Below, piece by piece: positions 26,575 to 39,029 of a stretch of DNA of 64,000 nt. Source of the stretch: Mobula hypostoma (Eukaryota); the NCBI RefSeq assembly GCF_963921235.1, contig NC_086100.1:202742001-202806000 (forward strand). Direction: 5' to 3'. The position numbers and the translations under genes were made by a program. Each line of letters begins with the position of its first letter. Positions within the stretch are counted from its first letter, which is position 1. Under the pieces are notes generated by a model. That model was given only the letters and a program-made list of their open reading frames with translations, was not told the DNA's origin and ran no database searches.

Positions 26575-27872
26575 AAGACAATAAGACACAGGAGTACAAT
26601 TAGGCCTTTTGGCCCATCGAGTCTGCTCCACCATTCAATCATTTTTGTTTTCCTCCTCAGTCCCACTCCCCGGCCTTCTCCCCGTAACCTCTGATGCTGT
26701 GTCCAGTCCAGAACCTATCAAGCTCTGCCTTAAATACAACCCCCCCCCCCCCACCATCCTTCCAAATTCCAGCAAGTACAGATAGCCCTTTCATTCTTGG
26801 AGTCGACCTTATGAACCTCATCTGGACCCTCTCCAATGCCAGCACATCTTTTCTAAGATGAGGAGCCCAAAACTGTTCACAGCACTCAAGGTGAGACCTC
26901 ACCAGTGCCTTATAAAGCCTCAGCATCACATCCGTGCTCTTGTATTCTAGACCTCTTGAAATGAATGCAAACATGGCATTTTCCTTCCTCGCCAGCGAAT
27001 CTACCTGCAAGTTAACCTTTAGGGTTAACCTTTAGGACTCAAAAGTCCCTTTGCATTTCAGATTTTTGGATTTTCTCCCCATTTAGAAAATAGTCTGAAC
27101 ATTTATTTCTACTACCAAAGTGCATAACCATGCATTTTCCAACGTTGTATTTCATTTGCCACTTTCTTGCCCATTCTCCTAATCTGTCTAAGTCCTTCTG
27201 CAGCCTACCTGTTTCCTCAACACTACCTGCCCCTCCACCAATCTCCGTATCATCTGCAAACTTGGGAACAAAGCCATCTATTCCATCACCTAAACCATTG
27301 ATATAACACATAGAAAGAAGCTGCCCCACACCAATCACTGGTCACTGGCAGACAACCAGAAAAGGATCCTTTTATTCCTACTTGCTGCCTCCGGCCGATC
27401 AGCCAATGCTCTACCCATGCCAGTAACATTCCACTAACCAACGAGAGGGCACAATATGAACTTGCAGGTTGAGTCGGTGGTGAGGAAAGCAAAATGCATT
27501 GTTAGCATTCATTTCAAGAGGTCTAGAGTACAAGAGCAGGGATGTGATGCTGAGGCTTTATAAGGCACTGGTGAGGCCTCACCTTGAGTATTGTGAACAG
27601 TTTTGGGCTCCTTATCTCAGAAAAGATGTGCTGGCATTGGAGAGGGTCCAGAGGAGGTTCACAGGAATGATTCCAGGAATGCATGAGTTATCAAACTAGG
27701 AACATTTGATAGCTCTAGGTCGGTGCTCACTGGAATTCAGGAGGATGGGGGGAGGGGAGAGGGGGGGATCTCATTGAAACCTTTTGAATGTTGAAAGGCC
27801 CAGTCAGAGTAGACGTAGAAAGGATGTTTCCCATGGTGGAGGAGTCTAGAACAAGAGGGCACAATATGAACT
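26575..27872. mobile_element. Head-to-head CR1 fragments (26575-27440 minus; 27445-27872 plus)
   Basis: KFADDTEIGG on minus; LVRPHLEYCEQFWAP on plus. Confidence 0.85.
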
Positions 27873-28350
27873 CTGGACTGTTTATGCAGAGACACAATAC
27901 CAATGTCCAGCATCTAGAAACTGAAAGGACAGCTTCAATGATAGTAATTGTACAGCTTTAGTACCACAATGGCAGAGAACTTGTCAGGTTCCCAGGAATC
28001 CCTCTGCTGCCTCTCTTTACCAGCATTCCACCGGCACCACCCTCTCAGAGTCACACCGAAAATCACAAAAACAAGAAAATCCGCAGAAGCTGGAAATCGA
28101 AAGCAACACACATAAAATGCTGGAGGAATTCAGCAGGCCAGGCAGCATCTGTGGAAAAGAAAACAGCTCAGCCAACACCCTTCATCAAAGATGGAAGGGT
28201 CTCAGCCAAAAAAGCAAACTATTTCCCTCCATGGTAACTGCCTGACATGCAGAGTTCCTCCAGCCTTTTGTCCGTGTTCCTCAGAATTTCCAGAATCACT
28301 TGTGTTTACGAGCAGAGCAAATTTTAACCATTTTGCTCCTTTGTTCCTAC

Positions 28351-28412
28351 CTGATATACTGACTGTCCCCTTGCAGGGTAAACGATCTTCAAGGAGCCCA
28401 GCGTCCGAGGAT
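28351..28412 (-). CDS. RTKN: Rhotekin coding exon, 62 bp (65 bp with the alternative NAGNAG acceptor)
   Basis: (R)SSDAGLLEDRLPCKGTVSIS(D). Acceptor ttttctcagcag, donor gtagga. Phase matches both neighbouring exons. Confidence 0.9.
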
Positions 28413-28617
28413 CTGCTGAGAAAACAGTCATCAGTGTAGCAATACACAAAACCAATATTTAATTAATTGATACACTTTGTAAAAACTAATCTTGAGATGT
28501 GGTGAGAGATGACAAGTCTCATCAAAAACACATGGTGCATTATCAGTTATCTGTTGAACTGTTGTATTGGTGTTACCAGAAGCATAATGTCACCAAAATC
28601 AGGAGACATGGACCAAG

Positions 28618-30115
28618 ACAAGAAAATCTGCAGTTGCTGGAAATCTGAAACAACACACACAAAATGCTGAAGGAACTCAGCAAGCCAGGCAGCATCCATG
28701 GAAAAGACTAAACAGACCATGTCTCGGGCCAAGACCCTTCATCAGGACTGAAGAAAAACAGATGAGTGAGGGGAGGAAAAAGCACGAGGTGGTAAGTGAT
28801 AGGTGAAACTGGGAGGGGCAGGGGTGAAGTAAAGAGCTGGGAGTTGATTGATGAACGAGGTAAAGGGCTGGAGGAGACTGAACCTTATAGGAGGGAGTAG
28901 AAAACTATGGAAGAAAGGGAAGGAACAGCAGAGGGAGATGATAGGCAGGGAAGGGGACAAGGTGAGAGAGGGAAACAGGAATAGGGAACAGTGAAGGGGA
29001 GGGGTAGGGGGGCAATTACCAGGTTCAAGGAATCAATATTCATGCCATCAGGTTAGAGGCTACCCAGATGAAATACAAGGTGTTGCTCCTCCACCCTGAG
29101 TGTGGCCTCATCGCAGCAGTAGAGGAGACCACGGACTGACGTGTCGGAATGGAAATGGGAAGTAGAATTGAAGATGATACTGAGAGATCCCGCTTTTTGA
29201 AGCGATCGCCAAATCCATGTCGTGACTCACTAATATACAGGAGGCCACGTTTGGAGCACCAGACGCAGTAGATGACCCCAACAGACCTGTAGGTAAAATG
29301 TTGCCTCAGCTGGAAGGACTGTTTCAGGCTCCGCATGGAAGTACGGGAGGAGCCGTAGGGCAGCTGTTGCACTTGTTCCGCTTGCAAGGATGAGCACCAG
29401 GAGGGAGAACAGTTGGTAGAGATGGTGGACAATGGAGTCGCATAGGGAGAAATCCCTACAAAAAGTGGAAAGTGGGTGGGGAGGGAAGGATGGTGCTTGG
29501 CAGTGGGATCCCAAACGGAAAATTATGTGCTGGTCGTGGAGGCTATTAGAGTGGTAGATGAAGTCAAGAGGAACCCTATCCCTAGTTGTCCAGAAAGTGG
29601 AGAGCTTTAAGGACCTCCTGATCCATCAGTCACCCATTTTAATTCTACTTCCCATTCCACCGTGACAGGCCATAGACTCTTCCACTGCCACGATGAGGCC
29701 ACACTCAGGTTGGAGGAGCAACACCTTATACTGTCTCTGGATAGCTCCAACTTGATGGCATGAACATCAATTCCTTGCACTTCCGGTAATGCCCCCCTTC
29801 ACCATTCCCCTTTCCCTTTCTCACCTTATCTTCTTACCTTCCCCTTCCCTTCCTGCCAAGGTCTTCCGTCCTCTCTTATCAGATTCCCCCTTCTCCAGTC
29901 CTGTATCTCTTTCACCAATCAACTTCCCAGCTCCATACTTCACCACCCCTTCCTCTCCCAGTTTCACCTATCACCTACCATCTTGTGCTTCTTCCTGCCC
30001 TCCCCCCACCTTTTTACATAGACCAGCATCCTATGCTTATCCATCCAATATCAACCATCATTCCCCTCCACTGATGCTGCCTGACCTGCTGAGTTCCTCC
30101 AGTATATTGTGTGTG
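28618..30115. mobile_element. Old Penelope-like fragments (28618-29585 minus; 29625-30115 plus)
   Basis: GVIYCVWCSKRGLLYISE; pseudo-LTR with a decayed hammerhead at 28714-28749. Confidence 0.8.
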
Positions 30116-30292
30116 GGTAGGCGGCACTCCGTGGGTCGAGGTCAACCATGGATGTTACATGCTAGTTGTCTACATTGTTGGTGCAGCTTCATGGTGTCGA
30201 ACAAGACCAACGTGACAGTGGCAGTCTTTGTGGCAAAGCTCGGGGGAAAGGAGGCCCCAGTTCTGCTGGACATGCAGCATTCCTGTCTATGG

Positions 30293-32801
30293 AACACACA
30301 CACAATGCTGGAGGAACTCAGCAGGCCAGGCAACATCTATGGAAAAAAGTACAGTCGATGTTTTAGGCCGAAACCCTTCAGCAGGACCGGAGGAAAAAAA
30401 GGCTGAGGAGTAGATTTTAAACCTGGAAGTGGGGAGGGGAGAGAGAACCACCAGGTGATAGGTGAAACCTGGAAGGGGGGGGCGGGGGAATGAAGTGAAG
30501 AGCTGGTAAGTTGATTGGTGAAAGAGACAGAAGGCCAAGGAAGACAAAAACAGGAGAGAGGAGCACCAGAAGGAGGCAATGGGCAGGCAAGAAGATAAGG
30601 TGAGAGAGGAAAAATGGGATGGGAAATGGAGAGGGCATCACCAAAAGTTTGAGAAATCGATGTTCATGCCATCAAGTTGGAAGCTACCCAAATGGCGGTG
30701 TTCCTCCAACCTAAGTGTGGCCCTGGCCTCATCACGACAGTGGAGGAGGCTATGGATGGACATACTGAAATGGGAACAGGAGGTGGAATTCAAATGGGGG
30801 GCCACTGGGAGATCCCACTTGTTCTGGTGGATGGAGCATGGATGCTCTGCAAAGCAGTCTTCCAATCTACATTGGGTCTCACCGATATACAAGAGGCCAC
30901 ACCGGGAGCACAGAACACAGTATATGACCCCAAAAGACTCACAGGTGAAACATCGCCTCACCTGGAAACACTGTTTGGGGCCCTGAATGGTAGTGAGGGA
31001 GGAGGTACAGGGGCAGGTGTCGCACTTGTTCTGCTTGCAAGGATAAGTGCCAGGAGGGAGATCAGTGGGGAGGGACGAATGGACAAGAGAGTCGCACAGG
31101 GAGCGATCCCTGTGGAAAGCAGAAAGTGGGGGGGGGGGGGAGGACAGTAAGATGTTCTTGGTGGTGCGATCCAGTTGGAGGTGGAGAAGTTTTGGAGAAT
31201 TATGTGCTGGACACGGAGGCTCATGGGTGGACAGTGAGGACAAGAGAAACCCTATCATTGGTAGGATGCGGGTGGGTGGATGGGGTAACAACAAACGTGC
31301 TTGAAATAGAAGATATACGGTTGAGGACAGTGTTGATGGTGGAGGAAGGGAAGACCCTTTCTTTGAAAAAGGAGGATATCTCCTTTGTTCTAGAATAAAA
31401 AGCCTCATCCTGAGAGAAGATGTGGTGGAGAAGGAGGAATTGAGAAATGGGGATGGAGTTTTTACAAGTAGCAGGGTGGGACAAGGTATAGTCCCGGTAG
31501 CTGTGACAGTCCATGGGTTTGTAATAGACTTCGGTGGATAAGCTGTTTCCAGAGATAGAGACTGTGAGATCGAGAAAGGGGAGGGAGGTGTCGGAAATGG
31601 ACCAGGCAAATTTGAGGGCAGGGTGGAAGTTGGAGGCAAAGTGGATGAAGTCAACGAAGGAAGCAGCACCAATGCAGTCATCAATGTAGCATAGGGGAAG
31701 TGCAGGGCGGTCACCAGTGTAGGCACGGAACATGGACTCTTCCACGTAGCCGACAAACAGGCAGGAATAGCTGGGATCCCAGCCAGTGCTCATGGCTACC
31801 CCTTTTGTTTGAAAGAAGTAGGAGAAGCCAAAGGAGAAATTATTGTGAGTGAGGAGTTCCACTAGTTGGAGGAGAGTTGTGGTGGAGGAGAACTGGTTGG
31901 ATCTGGTGTCCAGAAAGAAACAAAGTGCTTTGAGGCCTTCTTGGTGGGGGTTGGAGGTGTATAGGGACTGGACATCCATAGTAAAAGTAAGATGATGGGG
32001 ACCAGGGAACTTGAAATCATTGAAATGATCAGAGCGTGTGAAGTGTTACCAATGTAGGTAAGAAGGGACAGAACTACTGGGGGGGGTGGGGGAGGATAAG
32101 TCAGAGTCGAGGTATGCAGATATGAGTTCAGTGGGCAGGAACAAGCTGAAACAATGGGTCTACCTGGACAAGCAGCTTTGTGGATCTTGGGTAGGAGGCA
32201 GAAATGGGGGGTGCGGGGTGCGGGAGCCATGAGGATGGTGGTGTTGGATGGGAGATCCCCAGAGTCAATAAGATTGGTGATGGTGTGGGAGACAATGGCC
32301 TGGTGTTCCTTAGTGGTGTCCTGTTCGAGGTACAAATAAGAGGAGGTGGCTGTGAGTTGGCGCTGGGCCTCAGCAAGGCAGAGGTCAGCACGCCAGACCA
32401 CTAAAGCCGCTTCCTTATCCGCGGGTTTAATGGTGACGTTAGGATTGGTAAGGAGGGAGCGAAGAGCCAAGCGTTCGGAAGGAGTGAGGTTGGAATAGAA
32501 CAGAGTAGTGTTAAAGTCAAGATGGTTAATGTCCCGTCAGCAGTTGGCAACGAAGACACAGCAGGCAGAAGACCAGGGAAGGATGTGAAGATGGCAGAAG
32601 GGATCATCAGGGTGGAGAGTCCTTGCCAAAGAAATAGGCTCGGAGACGGAAGTGGTCAATGCCGCGGCGGGCGCGGATCTCACTGAGGTGTGGGCGCAGG
32701 GGACAAAGGAGAGGCCCTTACTGAGGACACAACGTTCCGTCTCAGAGAGTGGAAGGTCGGAGGGGATGGTTGACAAAGGTGAGGCCCTTACTGAGGACAG
32801 A
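30293..32801 (-). mobile_element. Penelope-like element, 3' portion (RT, Cys-rich linker, GIY-YIG, pseudo-LTR)
   Basis: IKPADK, LLPKIHK...PGRPIVS, MDVQSLYT, YIDD and GVIYCVLCSRCGLLYIGET. Confidence 0.92.
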
Positions 32802-32937
32802 ACATTAGAGAGCCCCGTTGGCAGCTGATGGAGTAACATCATTTCAGATTGCTCCTACTCTGTTTACTTAATTGTCTCCTACCAGTCTTTTTTTTCTAAA
32901 CCTTATTATAATACCTTAATACCGCTTTACTATGGTT

Positions 32938-33249
32938 GGGCACGTGGCCAAGTGATTAAGTCATTAGACTAGTGACCTGAAGGTCGTGAGTTCGAGCCCC
33001 AGCTGAGGGAATGTGTTGTGTCCTTGAGCAAGGCACTTAACTACACATTGCTCTGCGACGACACTGGTGCCAAGCTGTATGTGTCCTAATGCCCTTCCCT
33101 TGGAAAACATTGGTGTCCTGGAGAGGGGAGACTTGCAGCATGGGCAACTGCTGGTCTTCCATACAACCTTGCCCAGGCCTGCGCCCTGGAGAGTGAAGAC
33201 TTTCCAGGCGCAGATCCATGGTCTCACAAGACTAACGGATGCCTTTATT
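32938..33249 (+). mobile_element. tRNA-derived SINE (tail type 3) at the L1 ORF1 start
   Basis: A box TGGCCAAGTGA, B box GTTCGAGCC; TATGG on both flanks. Confidence 0.88.
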
Positions 33250-36200
33250 TATGGCTGGGAAAAGAACAAAAGCTTCTGCTAAAGAAAGAGAAACAGGAGA
33301 TGAATCCCCAGTTACTTTGGATTCAATCAGTGACTTCCTTAAACAGCAAAAATCAGAATTTTCTGAGGAGTTTCAATGACTTAACGGCAAATTGGATACA
33401 ATTCAACAAACTTTATCTGAGCATGAAAACCGAATTCAGGAAAATACTGCAAAACTGGTGCCACTTGAAGAGGATGTTGACGATACAATTAAGCTCTGCA
33501 AAGAGTTATCTTTATCCAATGATAAAATGATGAAAAGGATAATCAGTCTTGAAAATAGAAACAGGAGAAATAACTTGCGAATTCTGGGTCTTGAAGAATC
33601 AATTGAAGGCGCTGACCCTACGAAGTTTTTTGCAAACTTTCTGAAACAGCTATTCCCTGTTCTATTCACTTCTGAGCTGAAGCTCGATCGAGCATATCAC
33701 TCACCGACTTCGAAGCCATTGTCGGCGGCGGCGAGACCCAGATCGACCATTCTAAGCTTTCGTGAATTTCGTATTAAGGACCTTTTAATTCGCCATACCC
33801 ATCGACAAGGAATGATTGATTTCCAAAGTTCCAAGGTTAGATTTGTGGAAGACTATTCGCCTGAAGTTATGGCTGATCGCATGAAGTATAAAGAAGTCAT
33901 GTTGGAATTTTACAATAAAGGATATAAACCATCCCTTCCGTTTCCCACCCGTCTGAGTATTGTTTTGAAGAACGGATTGCGAAAAAGAATAAAGTCAGTT
34001 GAAGAAGCAAAAGAGTTTCTGAAGGATGAAGTCTAAAACTGTTATATTTCTTATTTGATCAGTTTTTTCTTCTGTTAATTTGAATTTGAAATAAAGTTTC
34101 ATTAAGCTTATGTTTTGGCTGCTCTTATACTGTCTTTTGTTATTTTTTTGCTGATACTTTTTTTTACTATATCCCTTTTTGAGGCTTTATTTTAATATAG
34201 CTTTCTTTGAATTTGTTTAAACTGATCCTTTCATATTTTCAAATACGGAGTTATTTGTCTTGGTAGGGACATAATGCCCTTGTAGGACCGGAGTTTTTTT
34301 GTCAGCAGGATTTTTTGGGGAGGGAACTTAGTTCTTAGCTCGCTGACTGCCTATTGGTCAGCTTTCTCGCTTTGGGTAGGGCCTATTTTTCTCTGGGAGC
34401 TGTGTTGGGTTGATTATATGATTGCTTGTTTGAATACCTTACCTGACCATTTGCTTTCTAGTTTTAATAACTTATGGCCAGATCTTTTAATTACACGTTG
34501 ATTGGTATTTAAAAAGGTTCGAAACATTAACTTATTTAGTTTGAATGTGAAAGGGCTGAATCACCCCATCAAAAGGAACAAAGTGTTGGCTTATATTAAA
34601 AAAATTAAAAGCCCCCATTATTTTCTTACAGGAAACGCACATACGCAGCTGTGATAGCTTATGTTTTTTTAACTCGGTGGAAGGATATACAATTCTATTC
34701 TTCGTTTAATGCAAAATCACATGGAGTTTCCATTTTTGTAGATAATACAGTTTCCTATGTTCAGCATAAAGTTGTTTTAGACCCTAATGGTCAATTTGTT
34801 ATTGTATCAGGGAGAATAAACAGTAAATTGATTGTTTTTGCTAATGTATATGCCCCCAGTGTAGACAATTCAGGATTTTTTTTACGTCTATTTTCATTTT
34901 TGCCAGATTTGTGTACTTACTGTCTTGTGATGGGTGGAGATTTTAACTGCTGGTTAGATCCAGTATTAGATCGCTCATCTGCCAAACCAGCCACACTTAA
35001 TAAATCAGCTTTGTTTATCCAATGCTTTCTAACTAAATGTGGTATAGTTGATTCTTGGCGTTTTCTCCATCCGATGGATAGGGAGTATTCTTTTTTCTCT
35101 CATGTTCATCATTCTTATACTAGGATTGATTTTTTTTTTAATTGATAGTCAAATGATTCAATTAGTTCGATCGATCGAATATAAAGAGATTGCTATTTCA
35201 GGCCACTCTCCTGTACTTCTATCTTTAAATCTCCCTGGTCCTATCCCTATGAGTAGATTTTGGCGATTTAATTTAACTCTGTTATCCGATGAGAACTTTT
35301 TAAAGTTTATGGAGAATCAAATTACTCTTTTTTTTGAAGAAAATATGTCGGAAGAGATGTCTAGTCTTATTATATGGGATACTTTTAAAGCATACATCCA
35401 GGGTCAAATTATTTCTTATACCGCAAACATCATTAAAAAAGCTAACAAAGAGAGAAATGAACTAGCCGATCAGTTAAAACAACTGGACCATGAATATGCT
35501 TCGGTACCCGATCCTGGAACATATAAGAGACATATTGAAACTAAAACTAAATATGATCTTCTTTTAATGTATCCAATTGAAAGCCAACTTTTAAAAGATA
35601 GAAGTCAATTTTATATTCACGGAGATAAAACTGGTAAGCTACTGGCTGATCAATTGAAGCCATTTATAGCCAAGTGGCAAATTAAAGAAATACGTAAAAT
35701 TAATGGGGACATGACAACTGTCCACCTTGAAATTAATGACATTTTTAGGGAATTTTATTCTAAATGGTATAGTTCTGACCCTGTTAATGATAATATTGCA
35801 ATGAATAATTTTTTTAGATCAATTAAATATTCCTAATCTTTTGATAGATGATCGTAGGCAATTGGATCAACCCATTTCCCAGGAGGAAACTGCTCAGGCT
35901 ATTCGAGAATTGCATTCTGGGAAATCCCCAGGACCTGATGGATTCTCTGGAGAGTTTTATAAGGCTTTTTCCTCCTTGCTTATACCACACTTATGTTCTA
36001 CCTATACAGATTCCATCAAGGTAGGAAGATTACTGCAGTCTTTTTATAAGCGCAGTCTCACTTATTCTAAAAAAGAATAAGAATCCTACTGAATATTCTT
36101 TGTATAGACCTATCTCTTTACTCAATTTTGATACTAAAATTTTATCTAAAGTGTTGGCTCGCAGACTTGAAAATATTATATCTTCTATTGTTTCCAATGA

Positions 36201-37760
36201 TCAGACAGGATTTATTAAAAATCGATATCCCCATTTTAATATACGACGTTTGTTAAATGTTATGTACTCTCCATCTAAGGAATGTGTGATATCTTTGGAT
36301 GCGGAGAAGGCTTTTGACAGAGTTGAATGGAACTTTCTATTTACATCCTTGGAAAAATTTAATTTTGGACCTAATTTTATTCATTGGATTAAATTTCTAT
36401 TTATCTCCCTCTACTCGGGTTCTTACTAATTTTCAGAATTCTAAACCCTTTAAACTCCAATGTGGAACTAGACAAGGTTGCCCTTCAAGCCCCCTGCTTT
36501 TTGATTTGGTATTAGAACCCTTAGCAATTGTTTTTCGAGAGTCTAAAGAGATTAATGGTATTTTAAGGAGAGGTACTATAAAGTGTCGCTCTATGCTGAT
36601 GATTTATTGCTTTTTATATCTAATGTTACAACCTCCTTACCATTTCTGTTCCATTTACTGACTAATTTTAGTCAGTTCTCAGGATGTAAATTAAATTTAC
36701 AGAAGAGTGAACTGTTTCCTTTAAACAATTTAATATCAACTGATATTAACCTTCCTTTTAAAATTTTAAGAAAACAATTTACATATTTAGGAGTAACAAT
36801 TACTAAGAATTATAAAGATTTATTTAAGGAAAAATTTTTAAGTTTATTGAATTATGTTTAAAAAAAAAACACTTTTTAATTTGTGGCCTCTTTATCACTG
36901 ATTGTCCGAATCAATTCTATTAAAATGAATATCTTACCTAAATTTATATACCTTTTTCAAGCTGTGCCTGTTTTTAATTCCTAAATCTTTTTTTGACTCT
37001 TTGGATTCAATTCTTTCTTTCTATATATGGAAGAATAAAAAACCTTGTATAAATAAAACTCACCTTCAAAAAAACCAAACAGAACGGAGGATTTGCCTTA
37101 CCCAATCTTAGGTTATACTGGGTAGTATAATACGAAATATTATGTTCTGGATATATTACATTAACCATGAGAATGAGAATTGCCCCAAATGGGTTTCTTT
37201 GGAAGTCAACTCTGTTATAAAATTTTCCATTATTTCTTTACTTGGATCCTCGCTTCCTTTATCTTTAAATAAACTAATTGACAATGTGGTGGTTAAACAC
37301 ACATTGAGGATTTGGTTACAGTTCAGAAAACATATTGGTTTATTGAGATACTCCCTTTCAAGTCCCATATTTTCTAATTGCTTTTTTAAGCCATCTTTAA
37401 TTGACTTATCTTTTAAAGAATGGGATAGATTGGGTTTTCAACGATTTCAGGATTTGTTTGATGGAAGAAATCTCTCTTCCTTTGTGCAACTTTCAACGAT
37501 ATTTAACCTTTCCAATACTCACTGTTTTCGATACTTACAGATTAGAGATTTTTTAAGATCTCAATTACTTACATTTCCTACGAGTCCAGATAAGAATAGA
37601 TACAATTTTTAATCTGAAACCCTTTGATAATGGTTCAATATCTTACATTTATGGTCGACTGTTGGGACTGAAAAAGGCCTCTTTAGATAAAAAACAAGCA
37701 ACACACATCAAAGTTGCTGGTGAACGCAGCAGGCCAGGCAGCATCTCTAGGAAGAGGCGC

Positions 37761-37796
37761 AGTCGACGTTTCAGGCCGAGACCCTTCGTCAGGACT
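37761..37796 (-). ncRNA. Minimal hammerhead ribozyme motif, intact core
   Basis: Minus strand reads AGTC-CTGACGA-AGG GTCTCGG CCT-GAAA-C GTC-GACT. Confidence 0.75.
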
Positions 37797-38000
37797 AACT
37801 GAAGGAAGAGTGAGTAAGGGATTTGAAAGTTGGAGGGGGAGGGGGAGGAGGATCCTGTCCCATGATCCTGTCGTATCCCCTTTTGCCTATCACCTGTCCA
37901 GCTCTTGGCTCTATCCCTCCCCCTCCTGTCTTCTCCTATCATTTTGCATCTCCCCCTCCCCCTCCAACTTTCAAATCCCTTACTCACTCTTCCTTCAGTT

Positions 38001-38036
38001 AGTCCTGACGAAGGGTCTCGGCCTGAAACGTCGACT
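38001..38036 (+). ncRNA. Minimal hammerhead ribozyme motif, intact core
   Basis: AGTC-CTGACGA-AGG GTCTCGG CCT-GAAA-C GTC-GACT; predicted cut after C38032. Confidence 0.78.
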
Positions 38037-39029
38037 GCACCTCTTCCTAGAGATGCTGCCTGGCCTGCTGCGTTCACCAGCAACTTTGATGTGTGTTGCT
38101 TGTCTTTAGATAAAATTAATTTTTTAAAATTAAAGGAGATTGGGAAAAGGATTTATAGATTTTCATATCTGAAGAAAGCTGGAAGATTATTTTAAAATTG
38201 ATTAATTCTTCATCATTATGTACTCATCATTCTTTATTACAATTCAAAGTGGTACATAGAGTTCACATGTCTAAAGACAAGCTCTCTTGTTTCTACACAG
38301 ATATTTTCCCTTACTGTGATAGATGTACTAATGGAGTGGCCACACTAACTCATATGTTTTGGACATGTCCGAGCCTTGAAAAATTCTGGAAGGATGAATT
38401 TCAAACTTTTTCTGCACTTTTCAATGTCAGCTTTAAACCCAATCCTTTGGCTGCCATGTTTGGCATTGTTGAGGATAGTGCTACAAAATTGAAGCCATCT
38501 AATTTGTGGGTATTGGCCTTTATGTCTGTTATTGCCAGGAGGGTGACCTTGCTCAAGTGGAAGGAGGCCGTCCCGCCCACTCATGTTCAATGGCTACTGA
38601 CGTTGTGTTGTACCTTGATCTAGAGAGGATTCATTGTTCAATTTCTGATTCTAAACATGATTTTCTACTGTTATGGGGACCCTTTCTAAAATATTTTCAC
38701 AATCTTTGAACTGTTATTAAAGTATGGATCTGAGCCATTATTATTATAATATCATATGGCGAGGTATTTCTCGTTTTTCTTTTTTTATCAACTACCTCAT
38801 TTGGGTAGTGGGGGTAGATTTTTTTAAATAAAATACAATTATTTTATTTCGTTTTATTTCATTTCATAATTCAATCTTTTTTTCTATATGATTGATTTGG
38901 AATATGGGATACTGTGATCATATTACTGTGATTTAAATGTAATGTAATTCATATTATTTACTTGTATCCTTATGAATTTTGTATTTGTCTTCATGCAATT
39001 TATATAATATCAATAAAAATATTGAAAAA

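Larger units (their letters stand above)
37693..38102. mobile_element. Foldback Penelope pseudo-LTR derivative with 153-bp inverted arms and 13-bp TSD
   Basis: Arms 37695-37847 and 37950-38102 (one mismatch by eye); TCTTTAGATAAAA at 37680-37692 and 38103-38115. Confidence 0.93.
32802..39029 (+). mobile_element. Near full-length L1-clade LINE (ORF1 and ORF2), inactivated
   Basis: ORF1 from ATG 33251 (ENRNRRNNLRILGL). ORF2 has endonuclease (NVYAP, GGDFN, YTRIDFF), RT (YRPISLLN, SLYADD) and CDRC...HMFWTC. Ends in AATAAA and an A-rich tail. Confidence 0.93.

Noticed and set aside
32938..33010. tRNA gene
   Set aside because: The A/B boxes run into a SINE core and tail, and related copies have TSDs.
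37649..38109. Mirror-image ORFs on both strands (MLVNAAGQAAS...)
   Set aside because: Explained by the inverted repeat of the foldback element; this is non-coding pseudo-LTR sequence.
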